Origin: Macrostomum lignano
Lineage: Eukaryota
Length of the DNA stretch: 64,000 nucleotides
Assembly (NCBI GenBank): GCA_002269645.1
Contig: NIVC01001615.1
Coordinates: 124,001 to 188,000 of the forward strand
Direction of reading: 5' to 3'
A model generated the notes under the pieces. That model did no database searches and was not told the DNA's origin. It was given only the letters and a program-made list of their open reading frames with translations. Positions 1 to 16,570 of the stretch are shown piece by piece (position 1 is the first letter of the stretch; every line of letters begins with the position of its first letter). Position numbers and translations under genes: made by a program.

Positions 1-478
1 CGAACTGAAATCCGTTTGGGAAGAAAATCCCCAACAGTATCGAACTGAAATCCGTTTGGGAAGAAAATCCCCAACAGTATCGAACTGAAATCCGTTTGGG
101 AAGAAAATCCCCAACAGTATCGAACTGAAATCCGTTTGGGAAGAAAATCCCCCAATAATATCGGACTGAAATCCCTTGGGAAGAAAATCCCCATTAGTAT
201 CGGACTGAAATCCATTGGGAAGAAAATCCCCCAATAATATCGGACTGAAATCCATTTGGGAAGAAAATCCCCCAATAATATCGGACTGAAATCCATTTGG
301 GAAGAAAATCCCCCAATAATATCGAACTGAAATCCATTGGGAAGAAAATCCCCAGTAATGTCGAACTGAAATCCATTGGGAAGAAAATCCCCAGTAATGT
401 CGAACTGAAATCCATTGGGAAGAAATCCCCAATAATATCGAACTGAAATCCATTGGGAAGAAAATCCCACTAGTATCG
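1..478. repeat. Minisatellite, ~40-bp unit (CGAACTGAAATCCGTTTGGGAAGAAAATCCCCAACAGTAT), cut by window start
   Basis: Unit recurs at 1, 41, 81; ~12 copies with increasing divergence. Confidence 0.95.
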
Positions 479-898
479 GACTTGTCAGTGTCAGTTTTCT
501 CAAGAAAGGCATTCATAACTGCTACTCACTGCTAACAGCACTCGAGCAACTGCCGCGCACATGCAACTCATATTCAGCTCTGTATGCTTTGCAACCTTAG
601 CAAGCCTGTAGTCTGTAGTGCAGGTTCGATACTTATAATAAACTAGGTCACCTCACTTATTCACAATGCGCAGCCGTCAAAGGCGTAGTTAGATTTCCTG
701 CATGCGAATTTTCAATTTTTTTTTCATTAAGCTTTTTTTGTTTGTTTTCTTGTTGTAGCGTCTATTTTATACAACAAACCGTGCAATACTACTTACAGCA
801 GCTGAACGAGATATTTTTGCATTACTGAGTCCCTGTTTATTATTAAGTTTAACTGTTCCTCTGTGGATGAGAGTTTTATAGATATTTTTGGCAATTAG

Positions 899-2311
899 TC
901 ATATATTGAATTTTTGTAGTTTTGTATTTCTAGTCGCTGGTACAGCTGAGAGTTGAAGCTTTGGTGTGTTTGTCTGTGTGGGCTTACATGAAATTTTCCA
1001 TTTTTGGCTCTCTGAAATACACTGCCGGCTTTTCTTAGCTTTGCTAAAGCCATAACTGTTATGCATAATCTCTCTGATTCCTGAGTCTGAAGGTTTTCCA
1101 TTAGTCCTTTTTATAGTTTTGGGGCTCTGAAATTCTATTATTGGCAGTTTTTTCTGATCCTGCAGGTGCAAGTTTAAGTTGGACTACCGCTTGAACTCTC
1201 TCCCAGATCCTCAGCTTGAGCAGCCGGCCTCCCAGATCCTCAGCTTGAGCAGCCAGCCTCCCAGATGCTCAGCTTGAGCAGCCGGCCTCCCAGATGCTCA
1301 GCTTGAGCAGCCAGCCTCCCAGATGCTCAGCTTGAGCAGCCGGCCTCCCAGATCCTCAGCTTGAGCAGCCAGCCTCCCAGATGCTCAGCTTGAGCAGCCG
1401 GCCTCCCAGATCCTCAGCTTGAGCAGCCGGCCTCCAGATGCTCAGCTTGAGCAGCCGGCCTCCCAGATCCTCAGCTTGAGCAGCCGGCCTCCCAGATCCT
1501 CAGCTTGAGCAGCCAGCCTCCTAGATGCTCAGCTTGAGCAGCCGGCCTCCCAGATCCTCAGCTTGAGCAGCCAGCCTCCCAGATGCTCAGCTTGAGCAGC
1601 CGGCCTCCCAGATGCTCAGCTTGAGCAGCCAGCCTCCCAGATGCTCAGCTTGAGCAGCCGGCCTCCCAGATGCTCAGCTTGAGCAGCCAGCCTCCCAGAT
1701 GCTCAGCTTGAGCAGCCGGCCTCCCAGATCCTCAGCTTGAGCAGCCGGCCTCCCAGATGCTCAGCTTGAGCAGCCGGCCTCCCAGATCCTCAGCTTGAGC
1801 AGCCGGCCTCCCAGATCCTCAGCTTGAGCAGCCAGCCTCCTAGATGCTCAGCTTGAGCAGCCGGCCTCCCAGATCCTCAGCTTGAGCAGCCAGCCTCCCA
1901 GATGCTCAGCTTGAGCAGCCGGCCTCCCAGATGCTCAGCTTGAGCAGCCAGCCTCCCAGATGCTCAGCTTGAGCAGCCAGCCTCCAAGATGCTCAGCTTG
2001 AGCAGCCGGCCTCCCAGATGCTCAGCTTGAGCAGCCGGCCTCCCAGATCCTCAGCTTGAGCAGCCGGCCTCCCAGATGCTCAGCTTGAGCAGCCAGCCTC
2101 CCAGATCCTCAGCTTGAGCAGCCAGCCTCCCAGATGCTCAGCTTGAGCAGCCAGCCTCCCAGATGCTCAGCTTGAGCAGCCGGCCCCCCCAGATGCTCAG
2201 CTTGAGCAGCCGGCCTCCCAGATCCTCAGCTTGAGCAGCCAGCCTCCCACCCACATGCAGACACGGTAATAAAGAAGATCGGCGCAGTTCACCGACTTCA
2301 TCAGCACCCAT
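899..2311 (-). CDS. Putative 2-exon orphan gene, ~105 aa, basic (MGADEVGELRRSSLLPCLH-DQKKLPIIEFQSPK...)
   Basis: Exon 2311-2255 (ATG; donor GTGGGT at 2254) joins exon 1159-899 (acceptor TTGCACCTGCAG) in phase 0 with an open frame to a stop. The intron is filled by the 29-bp array. No recognisable domain. Confidence 0.45.
1197..2248. repeat. Minisatellite, 29-bp unit (CAGATSCTCAGCTTGAGCAGCCRGCCTCC) with internal GCTCA-GCT-TGAGC hairpin
   Basis: ~36 tandem copies; fills the predicted intron of the minus-strand gene. Confidence 0.97.
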
Positions 2312-2821
2312 GCCGCTCAGCAACCGTGAAAATGAACTATTACTGTATTTTGCAATGTAGAAACTTTGAGCAGACCAACGCAGTTAAAAGTGGACAATAA
2401 CAATTACTGCCTGCTATTCTAGTTGCTGCACACATATATACGCAGTGCTCTGCGCCATCAATCTAAGCTGCTGAGTAGATATTCACAGCCACAACGTCAA
2501 CAATAAAATCTCTTACACCAACAACCCCTTCCCCCTAAAATTTTCGAGTCGGAGGTGCAGCCTCAGTTCTCAAAGTAAGCGGCACAATGGACCGCCCTTA
2601 GGTGCGCGGCCCCACCCCCTGTTGCCAGTCGCAACGGGTAGGGGGTGAGCGAGAGAGCCCCCAGTCAAGATCGTCTCTGTTTTGTTATTGCATTGAGAGA
2701 ATGCTCACCCGCCGCCTCTGTCTGTTTATATTTCAATCTGTTTATGCGCTCCGTTTCTGTGTCAGATTTGCGCCCGACTGCGAGACTTTACTGAGCATTC
2801 ATATTTCTATACAGAAACCAA

Positions 2822-3780
2822 ATGGATTTGGCCAGCAGGCGTAAGAGTCAGGCAGTTGCGCCCATGATGGGCCTCATTGCTGCCAAGCGGATGTCACGCC
2901 ACTGGGCGTCCCGGATAGGAGCCGGCCGGAACAGCTCCGTGATAGCGGCGCCCATAGTCAAGCTGGAGAACAGCTACCGGTGAGACTGGGGGCTCTGAGT
3001 CTCACCTGAGTCTCTCACCTGAGTCTCTCACACTTGAGTCTCTCACCTGAGTCTCTCGCACTTGTATCTCTCACCTGAGTCTCTCACACTTGAGTCTCTC
3101 ACCTGAGTCTCTCACACTTGAGTCTCTCACCTGAGTCTCTCGCACTTGTATCTCTCACCTGAGTCTCTCACCTGAGTCTCTCACACTTGTGTCTCACCTA
3201 TTTCTTTCACCTGAATCTCCCACACTTGTGTCTCTCACCTGTATCTCTCATCTGAGTCGCTTATCTGAGTCTCTCACACTTGTGTCTCTCACCTGAGTCT
3301 CTCACCTGTGTCACTCTTTTGCACCCTACGTCTCTTCCATGCATCTCACCCACAACTTATCTGTATCTCTTATCGATTATCTCACTTTCGCCTTTTCTAT
3401 CAATGCACTCCCAATGCAAACATTAAAACACCCCTCTCAGCTTGGAGCCAAAGGCAAAGTTTGACGTTAAAGCTGCCAGGGACATCGTCCAAGAGCTACT
3501 AGCGGAGCAACTGGACGACGCGGCGCCGTACAACCCGAGGACGGCCGTGATGCTGACCAAAACCCTGACCGACTCCATCAAGAACAGGCTAAAGGGCGAC
3601 ATGTACTTTGACCGCTATCGACTCATTGTCTACGTGACGATCAGCGAGAAACGCGACCAGTCCATGGTGGTCTCCAGCAGGTGCATCTGGAATGACAGGT
3701 TCGACACCTCCGTGACAGCCTCGCACTGCGGCAAGACGATGGCCTGCGTTGCCACGGTGTTCGCGGTGTCTCTGGAGTAG
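2822..3780 (+). CDS. Tctex1-domain dynein light chain (TCTEX1D/DYNLT family), 2 exons: 2822-2979, 3441-3780
   Basis: Splice CG|GTGAGA ... CTCTCAG|C gives KLENSYRLEP, typical of TCTEX1D proteins. Exon 2 has FDRYRLIVYVTISE and VVSSRCIWNDRFDT...CVATVFAVSLE Tctex-1 motifs. Confidence 0.9.
2993..3312. repeat. Degenerate CTGAGTCTCTCAC(ACTT) tandem repeat in the Tctex intron
   Basis: Repeated 13-20-bp units directly after the donor. Confidence 0.85.
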
Positions 3781-4093
3781 CCCCGCTGTGCTGGGCCAAG
3801 GCGCTGTACATATCCTACGTATAGTCTTTGTTACGACGACGTATTTTTAACCCATTGATATTGACTGCTCGACAGAGTCGAAAGTTGTTATTAAATTTAT
3901 AATACATTTTCTTCGTAAGATAAGGCATATTCTTGGAAGCTCTCTGCTTTTGGGAATTTATTCGAAGTTACATGTATACCTTTCGGCCTTCAATAATTTT
4001 GGATAGCCAATGAGGCCAGAAAAAATTGACTTACCTTATCTTCTTTCAGCAGCAACTGCAGTAACCGACAAACACTTTATCGGTAAGAGTACT

Positions 4094-5778
4094 TTCCTAG
4101 CTCTCTCCTCTCTGCCCCTCTTCTCTTTTCCCCTCTCCTCTCTTCCCCTCTCCTCCCTTCCCCTCTCCTCTCCTCCCCTCTCCTCCACCTCTCCTCCCTT
4201 CCCCTCTCCTCTCCTCCCCTCTCCTCCCCCTCTCCTCCCTTCCCCTCTCCTCTCTTCCCCTCTCCTCTGTTCCCCTCTCCTCTCTTCCCCTCTCCTCCCT
4301 TCCCCTCTCCTCTCTTCCCCTCTCCTCCCTTCCCCTCTCCTCTCCTCCCCTCTCCTCCCCCTCTCCTCCCTTCCCCTCTCCTCTCTTCCCCTCTCCTCTG
4401 TTCCCCTCTCCTCTCTTCCCCTCTCCTCCCTTCCCCTCTCCTCCCTTCCCCTCTCCTCCCTTCCCCTCTCCTCTCTTCCCCTCTCCTCTGTTCCCCTCTC
4501 CTCTCTTCCCCTCTCCTCCCTTCCCCTCTCCTCCCTTCCCCTCTCTTCTGTTCCCCTCTCCTCTCTTCCCCTCTCCTCCCTTCCCCTCTCCTCTCCTCCC
4601 CTCTCCTCCCCCTCTCCTCCCCCTCTCCTCTGTTCCCCTCTCCTCTGTTCCCCTCTCCTCTCTTCCCCTCTCCTCCCTTCCCCTCTCCTCTCCTTCCCTC
4701 TCCTCCCCCTCTCCTCCCTTCCCCTCTCCTCCCTTCCCCTTTCCTCTTTTCCCCTCTCCTCTCTTCCCCTCTCCTCCCTTCCCCTCTCCTCTCCTTCCCT
4801 CTCCTCCCCCTCTCCTCCCTTCCCCTCTCCTCTCTTCCCCTCTCCTCTCTTCCCCTCTCCTCTCTTCCCCTCTCCTCCCTTCCCCTCTCCTCCCTTCCCC
4901 TCTCCTCCCTTCCCCTCTCCTCTTTTCCCCTCTCCTCTCTTCCCCTCTCCTCCCTTCCCCTCTCCTCCCTTCCCCTTTCCTCTTTTCCCCTCTCCTCTCT
5001 TCCCCTCTCCTCCCTTCCCCTCTCCTCTCCTTCCCTCTCCTCCCCCTCTCCTCCCTTCCCCTCTCCTCTCTTCCCCTCTCCTCTCTTCCCTTCTCCTCTC
5101 TTCCCCTCTCCTCCCTTCCCCTCTCCTCCCTTCCCCTCTCCTCCCTTCCCCTCTCCTCTTTTCCCCTCTCCTCTCTTCCCCTCTCCTCCCTTCCCCTCTC
5201 CTCTCCTCCCCTCTCCTCCCCCTCTCCTCCCTTCCCCTCTCCTCTCTTCCCCTCTCCTCCCTTCCCCTCTCCTCCCTTCCCCTCTCCTCTCTTCCCCTCT
5301 CCTCTGTTCCCCTCTCCTCTCTTCCCCTCTCCTCTCTTCCCCTCTCCTCCCTTCCCCTCTCCTCCCTTCCCCTCTCCTCTTTCCCCTCTCCTCTCTTCCC
5401 CTCTCCTCCCTTCCCCTCTCCTCTTTTCCCCTCTCCTCTCTTCCCCTCTCCTCCCTTCCCCTCTCCTCTCTTCCCCTCTCCTCCCTTCCCCTCTCCTCTC
5501 CTTCCCTCTCCTCCCCCTCTCCTCCCTTCCCCTCTCCTCTCTTCCCCTCTCCTCCCTTCCCCTTTCCTCCCTTCCCCTCTCCTCTCATCCCCTCTCCTCT
5601 GTTCCCCTCTCCTCCCTTCCCCTCTCCTCCCTTCCCCTCTCCTCCCTTCCCCTCTCCTCCCTTCCCCTCTCCTCCCTTCCCCTCTCCTCTCATCCCCTCT
5701 CCTCTGTTCCCCTCTCCTCTTTTCCCCTCTCCTCCCTTCCCCTCTCCTCCCTTCCCCTCTCTTTCTTCTCTTTCTCTC
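4094..5778. repeat. Polypyrimidine satellite (CCTCT/CCCTT/TCCCC pentamers, ~15-bp superunit)
   Basis: Almost pure C/T for ~1.7 kb. ORFs 4010-5782 and 4077-5693 are its translations. Confidence 0.97.
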
Positions 5779-6426
5779 TTAATCTCCTTCCGATCTCACC
5801 GTCTCCTTTTTCCCACCTCCCTCTCATACACCTCAGCTACCTTCCAGCCTTAGAGACACGCACATCTATAGTGCGTATTGAACTCTCTCTCTGGCTTTGG
5901 CCCGACTGACTCTTTTAGTCCGTTTGGCCACTCGCGAGCCATCCAGCCTGCAAGCCATGCCTCATAGCTGCCCTGCCCTCCTTGTTTCCGTTCCGTCATG
6001 CGGCCATTCGCCCTCAGCCTTGGGCGCACCTGCTCCCCCTTCATCCATCTCTATTTTCCCCAGAACCTTTCATTCCATAAAGTGTTTACTCTGAAGCCCC
6101 CAGACTGCCGTCCCCCTGCATGTGGCTGCCCTGCAATCTGCTGTCCTGCGCTTGTCATTATCAGTGCCACTGGACCTAATCAGGGCTCTTAGCGACAATT
6201 CACCTCTTAAGCTCCTCGGGAGCCATCTCAAGCAGCTCTGTGGCAAATTAATGATTTCCCCAATTTGAAGAGATTCAAAAAAGTTCCTATTTAGCTGCGA
6301 TTGAATTTCACAGTCAACAGAGAGAAGATACTGAGCGCCATTGCGCTTCATCCGATCGCCAGCTTCCTTGGCGGATGGCTCCTCGGTGTCATTTTTGTCA
6401 ACTCAATTTGCCACCAGGACACGGAA

Positions 6427-6462
<36 letters not shown>

Positions 6463-6667
6463 GAATGGGCGCGGACCTGATCAAAGAGGCTGCCGCCGGA
6501 AGGGAGTCGAACAGACTTTAATTATTCTAATTGGCCGCTGCCGCTATCTCAGGTGCACACAGGAGTCAGATATACAGCACCGAGGCTTCGGATTTGTTTA
6601 GGATTGCTTCTCGGGAATAAAAGTGCATCTGAGGGAGACACAAGACAGGAAAAGCGAAGGCAGAGGG

Positions 6668-7788
6668 TTCTGTCCGAGGATCTTTCTGATATGTCCGAGG
6701 ATCTTTCTGATATGTCCGAGGATCTCTCTGATATGACCGGGATCTCCGTTCCGTTTGTGTCCGAGGACCTCTCTGATTGTGTCCGAGGACCTCTCTGATT
6801 GTGTCAGAGGATCTCTCTGATATGTCCGAAATATCTGTTTGTGTCCGAGGACCTCTGTTTGTGTCCGAGGACCTCTGATTATGTTTGAGGATCTCGCTGA
6901 TAGTGTCTGAGGATCTCTCTGATTGTATCCGAGTTCTCTGATTGTGTCCGAGTTCTCTGATTGTGTCCGAGTTCTCTGATTGTGTCCGAGTTCTCTGATT
7001 GTGTCCGAGTTCTCTGATTGTGTCCGAGTTCTCTGATTGTGTCCGAGTTCTCTGATTGTGTCCGAGTTCTCTGATTGTGTCCGAGTTCTCTGATTGTGTC
7101 CGAGTTCTCTGATTGTGTCCGAGTTCTCTGATTGTGTCCGAGTTCTCTGATTGTGTCCGAGTTCTCTGATTGTGTCCGAGTTCTCTGATTGTGTCCGAGT
7201 TCTCTGATTGTGTCCGAGGATCTCTCTGATTGTGTCCGAGGATCTCTCTGATATGACCGGGATCTCCGTTCCGTTTGTGTCCGAGGACCTCTCTGTTTGT
7301 GTCCCAGGACCTCTCTGATTGTGTCCAAGGATCTCTCTGATATGTCCGAGATCTCTGTTTGTGTCCGAAGACCTCTCTGATTGTGTCCAAGGATCTCTCT
7401 GATATGTCCGAGATCTCTGTTTGTGTCCGAAAACCTCTCTGTTTGTGTCCGAAAACCTCTCTGATTGTGTCCGAGGATCTCTCTGATATGTCCGAGATCT
7501 CTGTTTGTGTCCGAGGACCTCTCTGATTGTGTCAGAGGATCTCTCTGATATGTCCGAGATCTCTGTTTGTGTCCGAGGACCTCTCTGATTGTGTCAGAGG
7601 ATCTCTCTGATATGTCCGAGATCTCTGTTTTTCCGAGGACCTCTGATTATGTCCGAGGATCTCGCTGATAGTGTCTGATGATCTCTCTGATTGTGTCCGA
7701 GAACCTCTCTGATTGTGTCCGAGGATCTTTGTTTGTTTGATGATTTCTCTCTGATTTCTTCCGATAATCTTTTTGATTTTGTCCGAGG
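6668..7788. repeat. Minisatellite, 19-22-bp unit (TGTGTCCGAG(GA)TCTCTCTGAT)
   Basis: Homogeneous 19-bp core ~6925-7210 flanked by longer variants. Confidence 0.95.
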
Positions 7789-8146
7789 AAAGCAAATCAA
7801 CACGCAGTGCAAATACACAAGAAATGCCGTTTTCCTTGACCCCTAGTAACTTCCCACCTTGTGCAAATACTTTTTCAACAAAAAACTGACGGCAAGAGGC
7901 ACAATTAACGGGAATTCCGTCAGCCGAAAAAAAACATATTGCTCAACCCTTGGCTGATTCCTGCCCAGTGCCACCTGCATTGGGATTGCCTATTCTGATG
8001 GAAGAAGCTGAGATTGGCGATGTGTGAATGAAAAATTGAGCGCCAACTCTTGGATAGCGGCGTCATGGATTTGGGACAGCAAGACGACAGACGGGTAAAC
8101 ACCAGGACAGAGAGAAAGTCACGAAGATAGGCAGACAGGCACTAAA

Positions 8147-8437
<291 letters not shown>

Positions 8438-8939
8438 CAGGTAGGCTGTTTCCCATCTCCAGCCCAAGTCAGTGTCAGAGATCAAAGCCAGTCTGAGTTC
8501 CCCAGAGCATGTCCTGTTGACTTTGTCCTCAGTAAACCCGCGTTCAAATAATCCGGTTGGTCTCCCGCCTCAAAGCCGGTTGCTGTCGGCTTTTTAAAAC
8601 AAATCTCTTTTTAGAAGGTGGGGCAAACTGGACACGGCATGGTGGCGTCGGGTTTCGGCGCTGACTTCCTCATGATGACGGGCTGGCCAGTACAAGATGC
8701 ACAGCTGGAGAGGGAAGCTGGAAACTAATTAGCAAAGTCAAGATGATGGCGATTTAATCATTTTTTCACAATCCTCTCTCTCTCCCTCACGAATAAAATA
8801 TACTTGGTTCGCCTAGGTAACAAAACTCGGGGATTAGAGAGGCAGGACTTTCGATTTCATCTCCATCATAACGTCGCTCAAGTACTTTTATTTGTTTATA
8901 AACTTTTGAGAAGCTTTTGAGTTTATATACTGTCAGTCT

Positions 8940-9630
8940 CGCCTCAGTGGCAGCATAAACTTCATAAACACTCAGCTCTCACCTCAGTGGCAGAATAAAC
9001 TTCATAAACACTCAGCTCTCACCTCAGTGGCAGAATAAACTTCATAAACACTCAGCTCTCACCTCAGTGGCAGAATGAACTTCATAAACACTCAGCTCTC
9101 ACCTCAGTGGCAGCATAAACTTTATAAACACTCAGCTCTCACCTCAGTGGCAGCATAAACTTCATAAACACTCAGCTCTCACCTCAGCGACAGCATAAAC
9201 TTCATAAACACTCAGCTCTCACCTCAGCGACAGCATAAACTTCATAAGCACTCAGCTCTCACCTCAGCGACAGCATAAACTTCATAAACACTCAGCTCTC
9301 ACCTCAGCGACAGCATAAACTTCATAAACACTCAGCTCTCACTTCAGCGACAGCATAAACTTCATAAACACTCAGCTCTCACCTCAGCGACAGCATAAAC
9401 TTCATAAGCACTCAGCTCTCACCTCAGCGACAGCATAAACTTCATAAGCACTCAGCTCTCACCTCAGCGACAGCATAAACTTCATAAACACTCAGCTCTC
9501 ACCTCAGCGACAGCATAAACTTCATAAACACTCAGCTCTCACCTCAGCGACAGCATAAACTTCATAAACACTCAGCTCTCACCTCAGCGACAGCATAAAC
9601 TTCATAAACACTCAGCTATCACCTCAGTGG
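8940..9630. repeat. Minisatellite, 40-bp unit (CAGCATAAACTTCATAAACACTCAGCTCTCACCTCAGCGA)
   Basis: ~17 tandem copies. Confidence 0.97.
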
Positions 9631-10574
9631 CCCAGATTCAACAAAACAGCTCACTAGCTCATGGCACAGCTGTCAGCCAGAGCTTATCTGTCAATCATTC
9701 ACTTGGCTTACCCAGCAAGCCATTCGGTCACCCAGCCGAGCACAACAAACAAAGCCATCGCTCATTCTGAGGTAATTACCGCGGTGCCGACAGGGCCGCC
9801 GACTGACTGACTGATGACAGAGCTTGCGAGATTATAATAAGGCAAAGACGGCCTGGCCTGCACAGATAAAAGTTATGGCCTATTTTTGCTACAAACCCCC
9901 TGGGCACGGGGGGCACTGGGAACAAAATAAGAAGGGCCGAGGCACACAAAAAGAACAAAAAAGGCGCAATCCCGACCTGGAACAGAATCCCGATACAGTT
10001 CACTGTCTGTAGACGCGGAAACTGCCTGAGCTCTGAGCTCTCGAGTATCTGAGGGGACTCTGGCCTACTCGCACTCTGCGATGCAGTCTGCTGCCTCTGG
10101 GCCGCTCAGATTTCGCTGCTGGCTTGGCATAATTGAACTCAATGACCAGATGGGAATTCTAATAAATCAATGCTGACCAGGGGCGCCGCCTTTCACTTGG
10201 GCGCTGGTCGATACAAGCGCTGCACCGACTTGGCTCGGAATGCCCGTCAAATGTCCCGAACTGTCCCGAATCGCCTCCGTGCAGGTTATCGCTGTTGGTC
10301 TCGGCTTTCGCTTCTTCTAGTAAGCCAGCAGATTTGTGTCCGTTTTCTGGGAGAAACACTGCACACTCTGCTGAGGGTCCTATTGATCTGTTTCTGGTGT
10401 GTGAAACTGGAGACAGGAACGAACAGGGATAGGGCTAAGATGCTGATAAAAAATCAAATTGGTTTTGTCAATCTGGAGTTCCTTGTTGACGGATGCAAAG
10501 AAAATCTGCTTCGCCACCTTCTGCTTTTGTGTGGCAGATATTAATTAACTGAAACTGCAACTGCAACTGCAGAC

Positions 10575-10900
10575 AGAGAGGAGAGGAGAGGAGAGGAGAG
10601 GAGAGGAGAGGAGAGGAGAGGAGAGGAGAGGAGAGGAGAGGAGAGGAGAGGAGAGGAGAGGAGAGGAGAGGAGAGGAGAGGAGAGGAGAGGAGAGGAGAG
10701 GAGAGGAGAGAATAGGAGAGAGAGGAGAGGAGAGGAGAGGAGAGGAGAGGAGAGGAGAGGAGAGGAGAGGAGAGGAGAGGAGAGGAGAGGAGAGGAGAGA
10801 GTAGAGAAAAAAGGAGAGAGTAGAGAAAAAAGGAGAGAGGAGAGGAGAGGAGAGGAGAGAGGAGAGGAGAGGAGAGGAGAGAGTAGAGAAAAAAGGAGAG
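10575..10900. repeat. (GAGAG)n pentamer microsatellite
   Basis: Seen directly. Confidence 0.97.
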
Positions 10901-11500
10901 AAGAAGAGGGTGAGACGATAGTTGAGGGATGGAGCCGTAGCCAGTGGCGATTTCGATGCAGCTGGAAGGACTGCAATGAAGGTGATTTTGAAATGCAATG
11001 CGGCAGCTGAAAAAGCAGGGAAATAAGGAGGGTAATACGCTCGTAGATATAGGGATTTCTGATTCCGGCAATCAAGTGCCGCAGGTGCTTGTGGTGCCAA
11101 CATGTTGCTCAAAGCTCAAAGCTAACGATGCAGCCACTCCAGCTGCTGCTGAATAATTGAAACAGAAAATGGCGGTATTTTTGGGGAAAAATTCCGAAAA
11201 AGTGGAATACGAGCTACAATTTTGATGACGAGAGAGCGATCGCTACAACAAAACTGCCTTCGATGCTGACTCTGGGGAGTTGGAGGCTGCATTGGGAGCG
11301 AGGAAAACTCGAAATGCATCGCGTAGAAAATGTGAAATTTGAGCAGAAGATTATATAAGGACAGTCGTAACTGGCTTGACTTGGGACTGCGCTAATGTGC
11401 TCTGATTCTCCCAGGCTGAGCAATGAGCTTGAGCAAACATGCCGGGATCTGATGCTGGTTAATAAGAGTTCACCATGGCTCAGCAGCTCCGCTAAGATAA

Positions 11501-11717
<217 letters not shown>

Positions 11718-12706
11718 AGTGTTTGTGCACTGCAGCACACTGAAGTACACAAAGGCCAGATTTAATTCAGTAAAAGGATGGAGTAGCCTCTGCTACACTG
11801 ACTGACTTGTCCCGACAAGACGTTAATGGCCCGCCCCGCTAGCAGAGAATGCTGTTAAAACTGGCCACTCCAGTGCAGTTTGACTCAATTCATTCGCAGC
11901 TCGCGGCGACCCCTCGAGCGCTTTCCGGAGCGCCTTCGGCAGCGGAGCAGGCAAGTGTCAAAAGCCGGATGGAATTCAGAGAAAGAGGAGAGAGTTTTGT
12001 GGGGGGGGGACAGAGAGACTGGGTGATGAGTGTGACAACTGAAGGCCGCGGAGGGCCCGACTCACTGACTGGCAGGTCACCCCCCGCTAAGAAGAGGTGA
12101 GGAGAGAGGGGAGCGGGCGGGACAGACGGACAGGTAGCTGACTGATGAAAATAAAAGAGTTTTGCAAGCCACTGCAGCGACAGCGGCACAACACGGGAGA
12201 AAGCTGAAGGAGGGAGGTGAGGCGGTCCTGAGATTTAGAGAGGGGAATATTAGGAGCAGGGAATTAGTGGGATAAAGATGCTGAAGTACGGGATAAGCCG
12301 GGCCAAATGCTGCCTATAGCAGAAGTGATATGCATTGAGGCTGTGCTCAGCCCGTGAAGCACGCGCCGACTCAAACGCAGAGCTGGCAGCATGAATGAAT
12401 GAGCGAAATTTGCTCACCGAACTGGGACGGGCTGAGCTCAGGGCTGCGATGCCGGGGCAGAAACTTGAGGACGGGTCCTTGTTGCAGTCTGCACCTCCCC
12501 CTTCTCCTAGTCATCTCCAACTCTGCAACTGCAGTTTTTTGCTTTTCCTCCCGTCTTCTCAACAGCGCTGCTCCGGCGTCGCCATTGGCTGGCACTGGCC
12601 GGAGGGTGGCGCGGCAGAGCGGCCTCATCCCGCCGTTCGACTACAAGCGGGAGGCTCGACCTTGAGAAGCTGCGCGCAGATACTCAACAACCGATTCACC
12701 TCGAAG

Positions 12707-15986
<3,280 letters not shown>

Positions 15987-16222
15987 AGTATTGTCGACTG
16001 GCGCCGTTTCTCTGCCTCCTCGCCTCTGTTTGACCTCTCTTTGCTTTTTGCTGTGTCCCGGCCTCCCCAATTGCGGGGGCGGTGGGCAGCGGACTCAAAG
16101 TCCCTGGGTTCGAGTCCGATTCTGATGCCACATCTATAAGGTCTAAGCCTTGTCGTACGATTCTTGACGGGTGAAACAATGTTACTGGGTTACTTGCAGT
16201 GTGTGGATATTTGTGCTCTTTT

Positions 16223-16570
16223 AACCCAGGAATCGAACCCAGGAATCGAACCCAGGAATCGAACCCAGGAATCGAACCCAGGAATCGAACCCAGGAATTG
16301 AACCCAGCAATCGAACCCAGGAATCGAACCCAGGAATCGAACCCAGGAATTGAACCCAGGAATCGAACCCAGGAATCGAACCCAGGAATCGAACCCAGGA
16401 ATCGAACCCAGGAATCGAACCCAGGAATCGAACCCAGGATTTGAACCCAGGATCGAACCCAGGAATCGAACCCAGGAATCGAACCCAGGAATCGAACCCA
16501 GGAATCGAACGCAGGAATCAACCCCAGGAATCGAACCTAGGACCCGGACGCATAACCACTCCGCTTACTA
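16223..16570 (-). repeat. tRNA-derived (SINE-like) head followed by a 13-bp tandem array of B-boxes (CCTGGGTTCGATT)n
   Basis: The minus strand reads AAGCGGAGTGGTTATGCG (A-box/D-arm-like, 16566-16549), then CCTAGGTTCGATTCC, then ~24 copies containing GGTTCGATTCC. Confidence 0.75.

Noticed and set aside
1-478. Regular 40-bp repeats that might suggest a CRISPR array
   Set aside because: No unique spacers, no cas genes and a eukaryotic context. The same applies to all arrays in the window.
4010-5782. 590-aa and 538-aa ORFs (LPSPLLSS / RGEGKGGE)
   Set aside because: Translations of a C/T pentamer satellite that cannot contain stops.
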